Assembly: GCA_023515795.1 (NCBI GenBank)
Contig: JALGPX010000005.1
Span: 62,001 to 126,000 of the forward strand
DNA from: Amoeboaphelidium occidentale
Lineage: Eukaryota
DNA: 64,000 nucleotides
Reading direction: 5' to 3'
In this document: positions 1 through 9,742 of the stretch, in pieces
How positions within the stretch are numbered: the first letter of the stretch is position 1
Layout: each line of letters begins with the position of its first letter
Position numbers and translations under genes: made by a program
Notes under the pieces: generated by a model
What the model was told of the DNA's origin: nothing
What the model saw: the letters and a program-made list of their open reading frames with translations, nothing else
Databases searched by the model: none

Positions 1-16
1 TTGTGTTCATTTTAGG

Positions 17-40
17 AAGAAGAAGAAGAAGAAGAAGAAG
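17..40. repeat. (GAA)n microsatellite
   Basis: Run of about 8 GAA units. Confidence 0.9.
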
Positions 41-124
41 AAAAGCGAGAAAGAAAAATTCTGTTTATCAATCATGATTGGTCAAAGTTTAGTTTCGTAG
101 AACTCAGAATATATTTTTATTATT

Positions 125-144
125 GTAGTAGTAGTAGTAGTAGT
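125..144. repeat. (GTA)n microsatellite
   Basis: Run gtagtagtagtagtagtagt, just 3' of the stop of the minus-strand TRAF-like gene. Confidence 0.85.
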
Positions 145-168
145 AATACTCACTCCTCCGAATCATCC

Positions 169-918
169 TCACTCAACTGAAACATAGACTTGCTCTTTTA
201 GACTCTTGATAGTTTCCTCTTGTTCTTTTACTTTTGCTTGTAAAGATTCAACTAGTTCTTCAAGTGATTTTTGTTTTAGTTCCAGCTGTTTGAATTTTCT
301 CATGACTTCAGCATTTGTAGAGAATTGGCATGATTTCACATGTTGCAATAATTGGTGGCGTTTTACATGGATTTCGCATCCCAAGTCTTCATTGTCGCAT
401 GAAACAGTTTGGTAGGAGCATTCTTTTAAATGAGTCTTTAAAGTAGATCTTGTAATTGATTCTGTGGTACAGCCGTCTTTGAAGTTTGGGCACTTCATTG
501 TCAGCAGCTCGAGTTCGCGTTGTAACAGCAGAGGGGCTTCTTCTGGATTGTTGTTTTCTTTATCAGAACAGGTCTCGCATAGCATGGAATCATTAGAATA
601 GAACATCTTTAGTGGCACTTTTGAGCAGGTGGAACAGGTGAAGATCTTCTTTTGGGTCGCGTCTTTTAGTTGGTAGAGGTTTCCATCAGTACCTTCCGCC
701 TCATACTTTGAAGGTTTTGATGAAGATGGGGCAGATGGAGCAGGAGGTGCAGCAGAAGGAGGAGCGCATGCACTGGAACCAAATGAAAATCCGATCGATT
801 GCGCAGGTGCAGCAGCAGGAGGAGGAGCAGCAGGCATTCCAAATGAGAAGCTGGGAGCCTCATGTCTTGTCTTGGCGGCTATACCAAATGCCGTACTACT
901 TGAAGTGGCACCAAACAT
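169..918 (-). CDS. TRAF-type zinc finger protein with degenerate RING-like region, C-terminal coiled coil and low-complexity FG/Pro-Ala N-terminus
   Basis: FTCSTC...LCETC, then CPNFKDGC...LKTHLKEC...CDNEDLGC...LLQHVKSC (zf-TRAF pattern), then heptad repeats. The start is placed at MFGATSS (918); the ORF is open up to 1047. Confidence 0.7.
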   Translation of the reverse strand: MFGATSSSTAFGIAAKTRHEAPSFSFGMPAAPPPAAAPAQSIGFSFGSSACAPPSAAPPAPSAPSSSKPSKYEAEGTDGNLYQLKDATQKKIFTCSTCSKVPLKMFYSNDSMLCETCSDKENNNPEEAPLLLQRELELLTMKCPNFKDGCTTESITRSTLKTHLKECSYQTVSCDNEDLGCEIHVKRHQLLQHVKSCQFSTNAEVMRKFKQLELKQKSLEELVESLQAKVKEQEETIKSLKEQVYVSVE

Positions 919-1302
919 TTTGTAGATTGGAAAATTCTGTGAGGGATTTTCGTGGTTACAGCAATCTGGTAGCCAATCAGCTTTTTCATGGTACTCGTCG
1001 CTCTGTACTGTTTCATTAACCCCTTGCAGGAATGATAAAAATGTCATCCCAAAGTTCGCTCTGAGCAGGCTGCTTCAGTTCTCAATCCGCGGCTGGCTAA
1101 TGGTCGTTTGAAATCTGACTTGGGAAAGGATCTGAATTATAGATCGATTCGAGTCCAAACAACTGATGTTCATCATACGCATTTCCAACACTTCTATAAC
1201 GAGAGCCTGCCGATATCGATTGAAGATATTGAAAGTTGAAACTTCATCTAGTAGAGATTACAGGATGTTCATGAACTTTGTCTGATTTTCTGTTTTGACA
1301 GG

Positions 1303-2640
1303 ATGATAGATCGAATCGGCAGTTCTTCTCTATTTAGCGCCATGTGGTGCAGTTGGCGTAAATCGTGGATATTTTGGGCGTTTTGCTTTTTGAACTTTTG
1401 CGTTTTGGTATCCTTGGCTTTATTCCGCGGTAGCAATGGCGATTTTGGAGTTAACTACGGAATATCGTTGTTTTCCAGTTGGTTCGAAAGACCCAATGCA
1501 GAATACAACAAGAGAGTACCTTCATTCATTATAAATGCGTGGCCTGAGAGGTTTAGAAAATGTTACTTGAGGGCAGACAATGACGAAGATTTCGTTGATC
1601 GAAAAGCCACGAAGCCTAAAGTGGCCATTGTTCAGTCCATTGACAAGGACAGAGTTAATGATGAATTCATCAATGCAACTGCAATGATGAAATGTTATTG
1701 TAAGAAGCACGGCTGTGTTGCAGTGAAGAATATCATGGAAAAAGATCCAGCTAGCTCAATGCACTTCTATTCAAGGCGCTGGGGATCCATACTTCGAGAT
1801 TACTTTCATACCGCGGAGTATGTATTTGGCGCAGATACAGATTTGGTCCCAGTTGATTTTAAAAGAGACGTTGCAGACTTTGTTAACGCGATAGAGAAAG
1901 AGGATAGTACAAATTCTGTTTTCATTCATGTTCGACGGAATTACGAAATCACCGCATCATTTTTAGGTTTCAAAACTCAAGATAAGTTTGCAAAGTGTTT
2001 TGTAGAGGAACTTCATTTAATGGGCACGACTTATCATGCGAACTATGATAACGGAGATCTATTAGAGCTGGTTCTTTCGTTGGTTGCGCCGGATCTTCAC
2101 AAGGAATGTACTACAAATGATCTGAGGAATGCAAATTATGCTTGGGAAGCCAATTCTTTTGTTGATTGCTTCACAAAGGTTTATGATCGATTTTTGCACT
2201 CGCATCAGCAACCTTTACATCAGCAAACAAGAGACGTCAGTTTTGGCGCCGCAAGCCCTTGGAATATTCCTATTAGGCTATTCTTCCCAATGGAAGGCAT
2301 TTGGAGATCTTATGAAGGTCCAGGTGTCCCGAAAGATAGCGGATATGGAATGATTTTTGATTCTGACTTGTTTGTTCACGGTTTCAAACAAATAGGAAGC
2401 TTTTTCATCAATGAGAATATTACAACATGCGATTCAGAGAGAATGGACAATATTGACATAAGCCATACAGAAATCAGAAAGAACCATACAGAATCTCTGC
2501 AATTCGCGTCTGATTGTTGCTATTGGAGGTATGCAGGGTGTACAGATCCACAGAATGGCATCAATACTTGCCAGAGACAAATACATTGTTTACGTGATTA
2601 CGCCGGAAAGACTGCTGTAGGCATAAAGGAATGCTTATGA
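1303..2640 (+). CDS. Type II membrane GT-A glycosyltransferase-like protein (DUF273/GT34-like)
   Basis: N-terminal TM segment; CYCKKHG, FYSRR, VFGADTD (DxD), NYEITAS and HANYDNGDL match the DUF273 motif series; intronless. Confidence 0.65.
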   Translation: MIDRIGSSSLFSAMWCSWRKSWIFWAFCFLNFCVLVSLALFRGSNGDFGVNYGISLFSSWFERPNAEYNKRVPSFIINAWPERFRKCYLRADNDEDFVDRKATKPKVAIVQSIDKDRVNDEFINATAMMKCYCKKHGCVAVKNIMEKDPASSMHFYSRRWGSILRDYFHTAEYVFGADTDLVPVDFKRDVADFVNAIEKEDSTNSVFIHVRRNYEITASFLGFKTQDKFAKCFVEELHLMGTTYHANYDNGDLLELVLSLVAPDLHKECTTNDLRNANYAWEANSFVDCFTKVYDRFLHSHQQPLHQQTRDVSFGAASPWNIPIRLFFPMEGIWRSYEGPGVPKDSGYGMIFDSDLFVHGFKQIGSFFINENITTCDSERMDNIDISHTEIRKNHTESLQFASDCCYWRYAGCTDPQNGINTCQRQIHCLRDYAGKTAVGIKECL

Positions 2641-2886
2641 TAATAAAGATTCTTGATCAGTTTCATGCTTTTCAGCTGATTGTTTCAAGTTGAGCCGAGC
2701 ATAATATGCGAAGATTTTCAAAGCGATTTTTCAGATTTTTCATTTTGCGAAACAAAATATTTTTCAGGGGCGCAAGAAAAACACGTGCTTTGCTCCTGAT
2801 TTTTGGCCCAATCGGCTCAATTTCGATTTTAAGGGGCAGCCGCGCATAAAAGCGGCCATAATCGCGGAGTATTTTCCTAATCAAAA

Positions 2887-4479
2887 ATGAAATCAATATT
2901 AGCACTAGTTGTTTCAACTTTAGCATTGGCTTCCACCGTCTTTGGTGTTCCTATGCAAAGAGCACAAGGCGGACAAAATGTTGCATCAAGCAGCAATCCA
3001 GTTCCACAGCAGCGCGTTATCGCCGGGGCTGTTGATCCTGCAATGGTTGAACAAGCTTTTCTAGCTGAAGATAAGCAATTAGATGCATTGGGTCGCTCTG
3101 CTGGTCAGTCAGCAGATTTTGAAGTAACGATGAGACCAATTAAGAATTGGAAAGATAAGTTTGAAATTCATCCTTTTGTTTCCAGCATTCTTCACGGCAC
3201 TAAACAATTAATTTGCCAACCGCACGAAGTATTTGTGGTTCATGGGCGTGGCATTGAAGGTTTCTTGGTCACCCGTAATCACGATTTGAGACCTGGTCAA
3301 TCAGCAGTTAAAGTCAATGTTGCTTCAAAACAATTCGGTATGTTGATTTGTGGTCTTTCTAAAGATGATGTTCGTTATTGTCTACCATCTAGTTTCTCTT
3401 TGGGATTGGTTGACGCAAATGATATACTCGATGAAGACAGCATCAGGCGCATTAAGCAATACGTTGTCTACTCCGGAGATTTGAAGGGAAATTATCAAGA
3501 ATTGGAATCTCGCATGGAGCGTGTTTTGAAGGAGGCTGTCAATGATGTTCTATCCAAAATGACTGCAGATCAGATTTACGCAGGTGTTGCAAACATTGAA
3601 GATTCAGTAAAGTTGAAGACAAACGAAGAAATGAAGGATTCTGGATTCAAGGTTTTCTCGTGCCAGTTCAGTCCTGTTCGTGACGATAAGAACTTTGGGG
3701 CCACTTATTTCTTGATGAAGGGAGCTATCGAAAGAAGTCGTCAACAAGCTGAAATCGATAAGTCCCTTATTGAAATTGCCAACAAAGCTGAACTTGACAA
3801 ACTTGAAGAAGCTGCACAAAAAGAAAAGAATATTGCTGAAATCAACAATTCAAAAACCCTTCAAATTTTGAATAAGACCCTTGAAACTGAGCGCAGAGAA
3901 GCAGAATTAAGAGCGAAAAACAACATTAGCTTGGCGGAAACTCAAAAGGATCGTGAAATTAGCGCAGCTAAATTCGAAAAAGAGAGTCAGATTGCAAAGG
4001 ACAACGCCAATAACGACGTAAAAATCAACAATCAAAAACTCCAAGTCGCTTATTGCCAAGCAGAAGCTGAATTGAGACTTGCTGAAGCAGAGAGAGATAG
4101 ATTAGGTGAATTGCGTGTCGAAAAAATCGCAGTAGAAATTCAAAATCAGATAAATCTAACTAAAGCAGAAAATGATGCAAGGATCAAGGTCATTGAAGCG
4201 CGGGCTGAGGCTGAAAAAATCAAAGCAATGGTACAGGCTCTTGGTACACCAGAAAATTACTTGCAGTACTTCTGTATGAGTTCCGGCTATGGATTGAAGA
4301 TCGCCGAGACTAACGCTGCAATGATGAATGGCATGGCACCAAGACTTTCCGTTATCACTAATGGCGCATCTTCTGGTGCCGAATCTGGCGCTTCCGCTGG
4401 TGATGCATTAGTTGAATTCGCAAAGAAAGTCAAGACAATGAACAGTGCTTACGCCCATGCTGGTTTTGGGCAAGAGTAA
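2887..4479 (+). CDS. Flotillin-like SPFH protein with N-terminal signal peptide
   Basis: SPFH core (LSKMTADQIY...GFKVFSCQF), an AE-rich coiled coil, and the C-terminal ALGTPENYLQY...AETNAAMMNGMAPRLSV motif of fungal/plant flotillins. Hydrophobic leader MKSILALVVSTLALASTVFG. Confidence 0.75.
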   Translation: MKSILALVVSTLALASTVFGVPMQRAQGGQNVASSSNPVPQQRVIAGAVDPAMVEQAFLAEDKQLDALGRSAGQSADFEVTMRPIKNWKDKFEIHPFVSSILHGTKQLICQPHEVFVVHGRGIEGFLVTRNHDLRPGQSAVKVNVASKQFGMLICGLSKDDVRYCLPSSFSLGLVDANDILDEDSIRRIKQYVVYSGDLKGNYQELESRMERVLKEAVNDVLSKMTADQIYAGVANIEDSVKLKTNEEMKDSGFKVFSCQFSPVRDDKNFGATYFLMKGAIERSRQQAEIDKSLIEIANKAELDKLEEAAQKEKNIAEINNSKTLQILNKTLETERREAELRAKNNISLAETQKDREISAAKFEKESQIAKDNANNDVKINNQKLQVAYCQAEAELRLAEAERDRLGELRVEKIAVEIQNQINLTKAENDARIKVIEARAEAEKIKAMVQALGTPENYLQYFCMSSGYGLKIAETNAAMMNGMAPRLSVITNGASSGAESGASAGDALVEFAKKVKTMNSAYAHAGFGQE

Positions 4480-4555
4480 ATTCGTTCTAATGCGAACAAT
4501 AAATTTTTTGAATCGAAAGGCGATGCTGCAATTCCTAGCATTTAAATTTAATTAA

Positions 4556-5422
4556 TCAAAGCTTTAGTGTCAACTTAATATCGACATAGTGATGATTAGA
4601 ACCTTTTTCATAGCTTCGTAATTCTGTCGACATGTTTTCGATGGAAGTTTTGGTACTTTGGCAAAAAATTGAAATCAGCACAGGAACGAAATGCTCCTTG
4701 ATAAGTTCATAAAACGCCTTTTCATTTTGCTGTGCTAACATACACACCGGGCTCTGCATAAATACATGGCTGTGTTTCATTAATGCTCCAAGGGATTTTA
4801 AGTTTAAGCTCAGAGATGGAGTTTCATTGTTGAATCTCTGAAACTCACAATGAATTTGACATGATCTTACTGTAATTTTCATCTTCAAACTCACGCTCTT
4901 TTCAGTCTCCTTTTTGAACCTAGCCCATGAAACATCCAGAAAGCTTTGGAGATACAAGTCATTTTTCTGAACCATTCTGCGGCATAGCTGAATGGCCAAA
5001 TCACAAATCTGTAATTCTGCTTCGCGATAAATCACGTCCGCAACATCAGTCACGCAACTAATCTCAGAACCTTCGACAAAACCACAAAAATCCTGCGGCA
5101 AAGGAAAGCCCAAATAATTGAAAGTTAAAGCAAGACTTTTCATCGTGTCAGCAACATTGCATTCGTGCTCCTTCTTTGCAAATAGGTAAATCTCACGCAG
5201 CGGCAATTCGCCTGTCTCAAAATGCGTCAAAACAGCCTCGAGCAACTCTGGATGATCAAGTGTTAGCATATATTGACCAGAACCATTCCTTGTGGACATC
5301 ATCTGATCTTCTTTCAAGAGATTATAAAGGAAGGAGTCTTTCGGGAATCGTTCAAACAAATCTCTTGAGATTTCGATCACTCTACCGTTATTCGCACAAA
5401 TCTGAAAATCGCTAATAGTCAT
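4556..5422 (-). CDS. BTB/POZ (KCTD/T1-type) domain protein
   Basis: N-terminal NNGRVIEISRDLFERFPKDSFL...YMLTLDHPELLEAVLTHFETGEL...FNYLG. Confidence 0.65.
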   Translation of the reverse strand: MTISDFQICANNGRVIEISRDLFERFPKDSFLYNLLKEDQMMSTRNGSGQYMLTLDHPELLEAVLTHFETGELPLREIYLFAKKEHECNVADTMKSLALTFNYLGFPLPQDFCGFVEGSEISCVTDVADVIYREAELQICDLAIQLCRRMVQKNDLYLQSFLDVSWARFKKETEKSVSLKMKITVRSCQIHCEFQRFNNETPSLSLNLKSLGALMKHSHVFMQSPVCMLAQQNEKAFYELIKEHFVPVLISIFCQSTKTSIENMSTELRSYEKGSNHHYVDIKLTLKL

Positions 5423-5493
5423 TTTATTGGAGAAGTATTCAGTTTCTTAAAGATTTCAAAATTGTATTCCGTGATGAGTCACCACGATTCTGA

Positions 5494-6249
5494 TTAGAAC
5501 TTCTTCCCAAGAACATGCAGAATTTCCGTGCGATAACCAATTAATAATCTTATTTCTTTTAATTTATCATCAGTCAGTCCTGGTAAGTTTACATGATTTA
5601 TGCCATGTTGATCAAATGCATCGCTGATAACCTGTATGTATTTATCAGGGTGCCTATTCTCACGCAGAGCTTCGTAGAATTTATCCATACTGTTAAAATT
5701 GACTGACTTAGCATTTGAAACTTCCTGATTCCCAGTATTATATTCTAGAGGAGGATTGACCTGCAGTTTATCACCTTCTGTGAAAAAATAATATTTGTGT
5801 TTGTCGCGTAAACAGGATACCGCGGAAATTATACAATAATGTCCATCTGAATCTCGCGAATACAATTTCCTTGCGGGAGTTTTCAAATCAAGATCTTTCG
5901 ACAAAGTCATTTTTGCCAGGAACGACTCCATCGATAAGCCTGACATCTCTGTGACATCAAATAACACACAGTATCCATTAGTAGCTTCAATTGTAACAAT
6001 ATCCTCTTCCGATAAATCTGAGAAGTGATCTATTAACACAGATTTCAATTCATTTAGTAGTTGGAATATATTCAATTCCACAGACAATGCAACTTTCACA
6101 TTTGTATGATAACGTCTTGATGGTTCATGCAGCCTTTTCTCGACGCGAAACCAAACCTTCTTTGGTGACAGAAACTCTTCGATCGCAGTTTGGAGTCCGC
6201 TGCAATCTTTTGGGATGGTACATTCAAACAAGCGTCCATGCTGACTCAT
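5494..6249 (-). CDS. Hypothetical protein with C-terminal SAM-like domain
   Basis: 251-aa ORF; C-terminal AFDQHGINHVNLPGLTDDKLKEIRLLIGYRTEIL resembles the SAM consensus. Confidence 0.5.
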   Translation of the reverse strand: MSQHGRLFECTIPKDCSGLQTAIEEFLSPKKVWFRVEKRLHEPSRRYHTNVKVALSVELNIFQLLNELKSVLIDHFSDLSEEDIVTIEATNGYCVLFDVTEMSGLSMESFLAKMTLSKDLDLKTPARKLYSRDSDGHYCIISAVSCLRDKHKYYFFTEGDKLQVNPPLEYNTGNQEVSNAKSVNFNSMDKFYEALRENRHPDKYIQVISDAFDQHGINHVNLPGLTDDKLKEIRLLIGYRTEILHVLGKKF

Positions 6250-6491
6250 TCTAGTGAAAATGATTTTCCTTTTTGAAATAAACGTGAAGAAATGCTACTT
6301 ATCCAATCATCATCATGGAGTGAGGTGTTCAAGTAAATAACCAGAAGTCTTCTAGCGATTCTGTGGAGTATGGAATTTATTATTTAAAGATTGCCACGAG
6401 AGCGATATTAACAAATCGAAAGTCTTCATAAAAGGTTCTCTCATTTTACTTTTCTTTTTGAAGAGCGATTGAAATAGCGCAGCGTGAACTA

Positions 6492-8019
6492 ATGGCAATT
6501 TTCCACAAAGATTTGTACACCAGCAAATATAAGTCCCTATTGTGTCTCTCCTTTGCTGTTGCTCTCAACGTTTGCTTATGCATGTATACCCTTCATGTAT
6601 TAAGTTCGTCGAAGAACGAGGGGACATGTATTCCGGCAGAAGGGAGCGACAGGGCAGACATCCACGTCAAACTAAAGGAGTCTTTCATTCTGTATAGCAA
6701 CATGAGCGAGAAACATAATCTTTGTGTCGAACGCTGTGAAGAAGCAATCCAGAATTTGGAGCGAACGATGGATAAACCAAAGCCAAAAATTACCATAGAA
6801 GCAGTTGGATATTTCGCAAGACCTATTCTTGAGCTCGACGATAGTTTTACCGACATTTGGAGTAAGAATCCTTTATCGGAAGATTATGAGCCTTACAGTA
6901 GCTGGACTTCAAATGCTATTCCGCATGTATTGGCGCTTATTGGGACAATTTGTCACGAGTATGTGGAAGTTCATATACGGCAGTTTCTACTTTACAATGA
7001 TATTATGCATGTGTTATCGACTCCAGAGTGTCAGGAGTAAGTTGAAGCTTGGTATGAAATTAACTTTGTTAAGAAAGTACCGTGCTGCTGGAGCAATGGT
7101 ACATAATGTTTACGACTACATGGAAAGCGCTGATCGATTTGACCGCCTTTATCCACGTGTTCTTCCTAATGGTGACGGTACCGGTTCCAGGCGTGCTTTT
7201 GAATTGTCTTGCTTTCAGAGGTGGTATATTATTAAGGATTTTATGCGGAAGAATAAGATTCCCCGCGTGTTTTCTGCTGATGCCGACACTCTGATATTTG
7301 TCAACGTCACGGAGCATATCCTTAAACACTTTGCTGACGATAAGATAATTCTAATGTGGAATTATCCGACTGTTAGTAACAGTTACATATCTTTTGATTA
7401 TGAAGGTATTACAGATATGCTGGCGTTCTTCGATTATTTCTTCACCCATTTGAGCTTATACTTGCCTAATGTAAAAGAGGGAAACTTCTTTTTGTATATG
7501 AATGATATGAACTTATCAAAGATTTACGGCATCAAGGCAATTTGTGGGTCAAATTGGGAGACCTGTCCACTTTTAGCTAACGACTCCGTGCCTAAGAATC
7601 ATGATGCATTTTACAATACTGCTTATGTGTTTCAACCACGACTGGCATTTTTGGTTGAGAAAGTGGCTGCTATCATTCCATCCAGTTGGACAGATTCTTC
7701 CAAAAGTCTCTTATCCTTTGATAACAACATCGCTTCTCCTCTTTCGATTTATGAAACAGTTGAAACTTTAAAGCGTGTTACATTCTATAATGGAGGTACA
7801 TACTTGACACTAAAGAGTGAAGCATGTCCAGCAATTTTGGAAGAATTTCCATGGACTGAAAGCGGAACTAATTGTTCTTTCCAGACTTTAGGCTTACACT
7901 TTTATAGCTACTACAAGAATTTGATGAGCAATTACACTTTAACCGAAAAATTTGTGGGTGATGATAGCTATTGTTCATGTTTAACCGATGGTTGTGACAA
8001 TTGCGCCGGCCTACAGTAA
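6492..8019 (+). CDS. Type II membrane GT-A glycosyltransferase-like protein (2 exons, intron 7037-7073)
   Basis: A GTAAGT...TAAC...AAG intron (37 nt) joins ORF 6492 to ORF 6805 in frame (CQE|KYRAAG). It has a TM anchor, a coiled stem and ELSCFQRWY...VFSADAD (DxD). Confidence 0.65.
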
Positions 8020-8282
8020 CTAAAGCTCAAAGCTTTTGAGACAATAATTTTAATCATAAAATAATTATTATTATTCACTTTACATGTTTAGTTTTAGTTC
8101 AATTAGTCAGTCTAACTAATGATAAAATGAACTTTAAGCGCCCAAATCACATAAAGTGACACCCCTATGGACACAAGACAATCCTGCTAGCAAATCTCTT
8201 TCTTCTCATGTGATATTCTAGCAAAACGATTTTTCAAGTATTCGAAGCTGATGAATTGAACCAATAGCCATTATCTGAATGT

Positions 8283-9116
8283 ATGCGCTGGCATTTTCGA
8301 AAGTTTTTGTTATCTCGTTCCGATATGTCAAAGATATTGAAGGAATTATGCTCTGATGAGAATGAACTAAAAAAGTTTCAAGAATTAGAGAGTTATTTTG
8401 CAGATTTAGATGTTTCAGATATCGATATCCTGTCTGATACTAAAGATCTAATTCAGGACGTTGAACCAGCACACAGACTGAGAATGAGGGTGTTTATAAA
8501 GAAATACCTGGAACCAAGACGGCAGGCAAAATTTGTTGGTTCTAGAAAAGTAGCAGAAGGGTTGCACGAAGAGGGAAGATTTTTGTATGTTCAAGGTGGT
8601 GCTTTAATCTCAAATGCATTTGCTACTGTTGATTCCGAGCGTTTGACTATTGCTCGCTTTCATGAAAGTCTGCTGGAAGATCCTGGTCAAATTAAATATA
8701 TCGACATGTCCATGAACGATCTATTGTCTTCAGATTTGCGTTTGGTTGCGGATATGATCACGGATCTTTCAGAGAAGAATATGATCGGAACGAATGGATT
8801 GATTTTGAATTTGTCTGATAATAGGATTCACGGATGTGGAATTTTAAACTCTGTCAATGATCAAGCCCTTCATACAATTATTAGCATCGTTAAATTTGTG
8901 GATTTACGCGCGAATCCTTTTGTTTCAGTTGATCGCAGAGATTTCTTTGAGAGCTTCACACCCGACTCTGCAGCATGCTCAAAGTTGATATGGGTACACG
9001 AATTTCATTTGAACACTCACGGATGGCGTCGCTTTGTTCCTGAAAATGTAATTGATAAAGTAATTGAAATCCATAGGGAATATTACGCCTGGATGAAAGA
9101 AAATGGGCAGACATGA
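8283..9116 (+). CDS. Hypothetical protein with LRR-like repeats
   Basis: LxxLxLxxN-like units IDMSMNDL, LNLSDNRI and VDLRANPF. The true start may be MSKILKEL. Confidence 0.5.
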   Translation: MRWHFRKFLLSRSDMSKILKELCSDENELKKFQELESYFADLDVSDIDILSDTKDLIQDVEPAHRLRMRVFIKKYLEPRRQAKFVGSRKVAEGLHEEGRFLYVQGGALISNAFATVDSERLTIARFHESLLEDPGQIKYIDMSMNDLLSSDLRLVADMITDLSEKNMIGTNGLILNLSDNRIHGCGILNSVNDQALHTIISIVKFVDLRANPFVSVDRRDFFESFTPDSAACSKLIWVHEFHLNTHGWRRFVPENVIDKVIEIHREYYAWMKENGQT

Positions 9117-9235
9117 TCTAATCACTAACTGAGTAAATTCTAAAAATCGTTTAAACCGGAATTTCACCATCTGAAACAGTCGTTTTAACTTTGATTCCAT
9201 CGCTGTCTTTTCTTAAATACCCAGCGCGAGATTAA

Positions 9236-9577
9236 ATGGCAGCCTCCAAAAACGCATCAATTCAAAGCCCAGAACAAACAGAAGCACATTTACCTGTTGG
9301 TGTCTGCGTTAAAGTTTCCAGCTTGAGACCAAAATATAGCGACCTGAAACAATGGTGCGCAGTGCCTGGACATTTACTTGCTACAAGACATGGTCTTGAT
9401 AAATCTCTGAAGTTGTTTGAAAAGTATCTGAGTGAAAAGCTCTCCGTCGATGCTGCTACAAGAGAAAGATTCATGAAACTGTCTGCCTGTAAAGAACTGG
9501 GATGTTTTTGTAATCCTGCAGAAAAGTGTCATCGCGACATAATAATCAGAAAGCTTTATGAACTAATACAAAGTTAA
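9236..9577 (+). CDS. DUF4326-like protein, internally shortened
   Basis: VKVSSLRPKYSDLKQW at the N-terminus and ELGCFCNPAEKCHRDII (CxC...CH.D) at the C-terminus. Confidence 0.65.
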   Translation: MAASKNASIQSPEQTEAHLPVGVCVKVSSLRPKYSDLKQWCAVPGHLLATRHGLDKSLKLFEKYLSEKLSVDAATRERFMKLSACKELGCFCNPAEKCHRDIIIRKLYELIQS

Positions 9578-9610
9578 TACTATTTCAATAAGCATTAATC
9601 ATTTGTTAAA

Positions 9611-9696
9611 ACGCGTAACTTGAGTGACTCATCATTTCAACGCGAAACACGTGAATTTGACGCGTGAATTTTCTCACCAACAGAATAGTATAAATA
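9611..9696 (+). promoter_or_regulatory. DMC1 upstream region with MCB-like ACGCG motifs, an AP-1-like site and a TATA box
   Basis: ACGCGT 9611-9616, TGACTCA 9625-9631, ACGCGAAA 9640-9647, CACGTG 9648-9653, ACGCGT 9660-9665, TATAAATA 9689-9696; ATG at 9743. Confidence 0.55.
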
Positions 9697-9742
9697 CCGC
9701 CCTCAAATGTACCCCATTTTTCATTCCACTCTGAAATTCTGA

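Noticed and set aside
6805..7036. Real dual-coding overlap of two ORFs
   Set aside because: A single intron explains it; the 5' part of ORF 6805 is just an open alternative frame.
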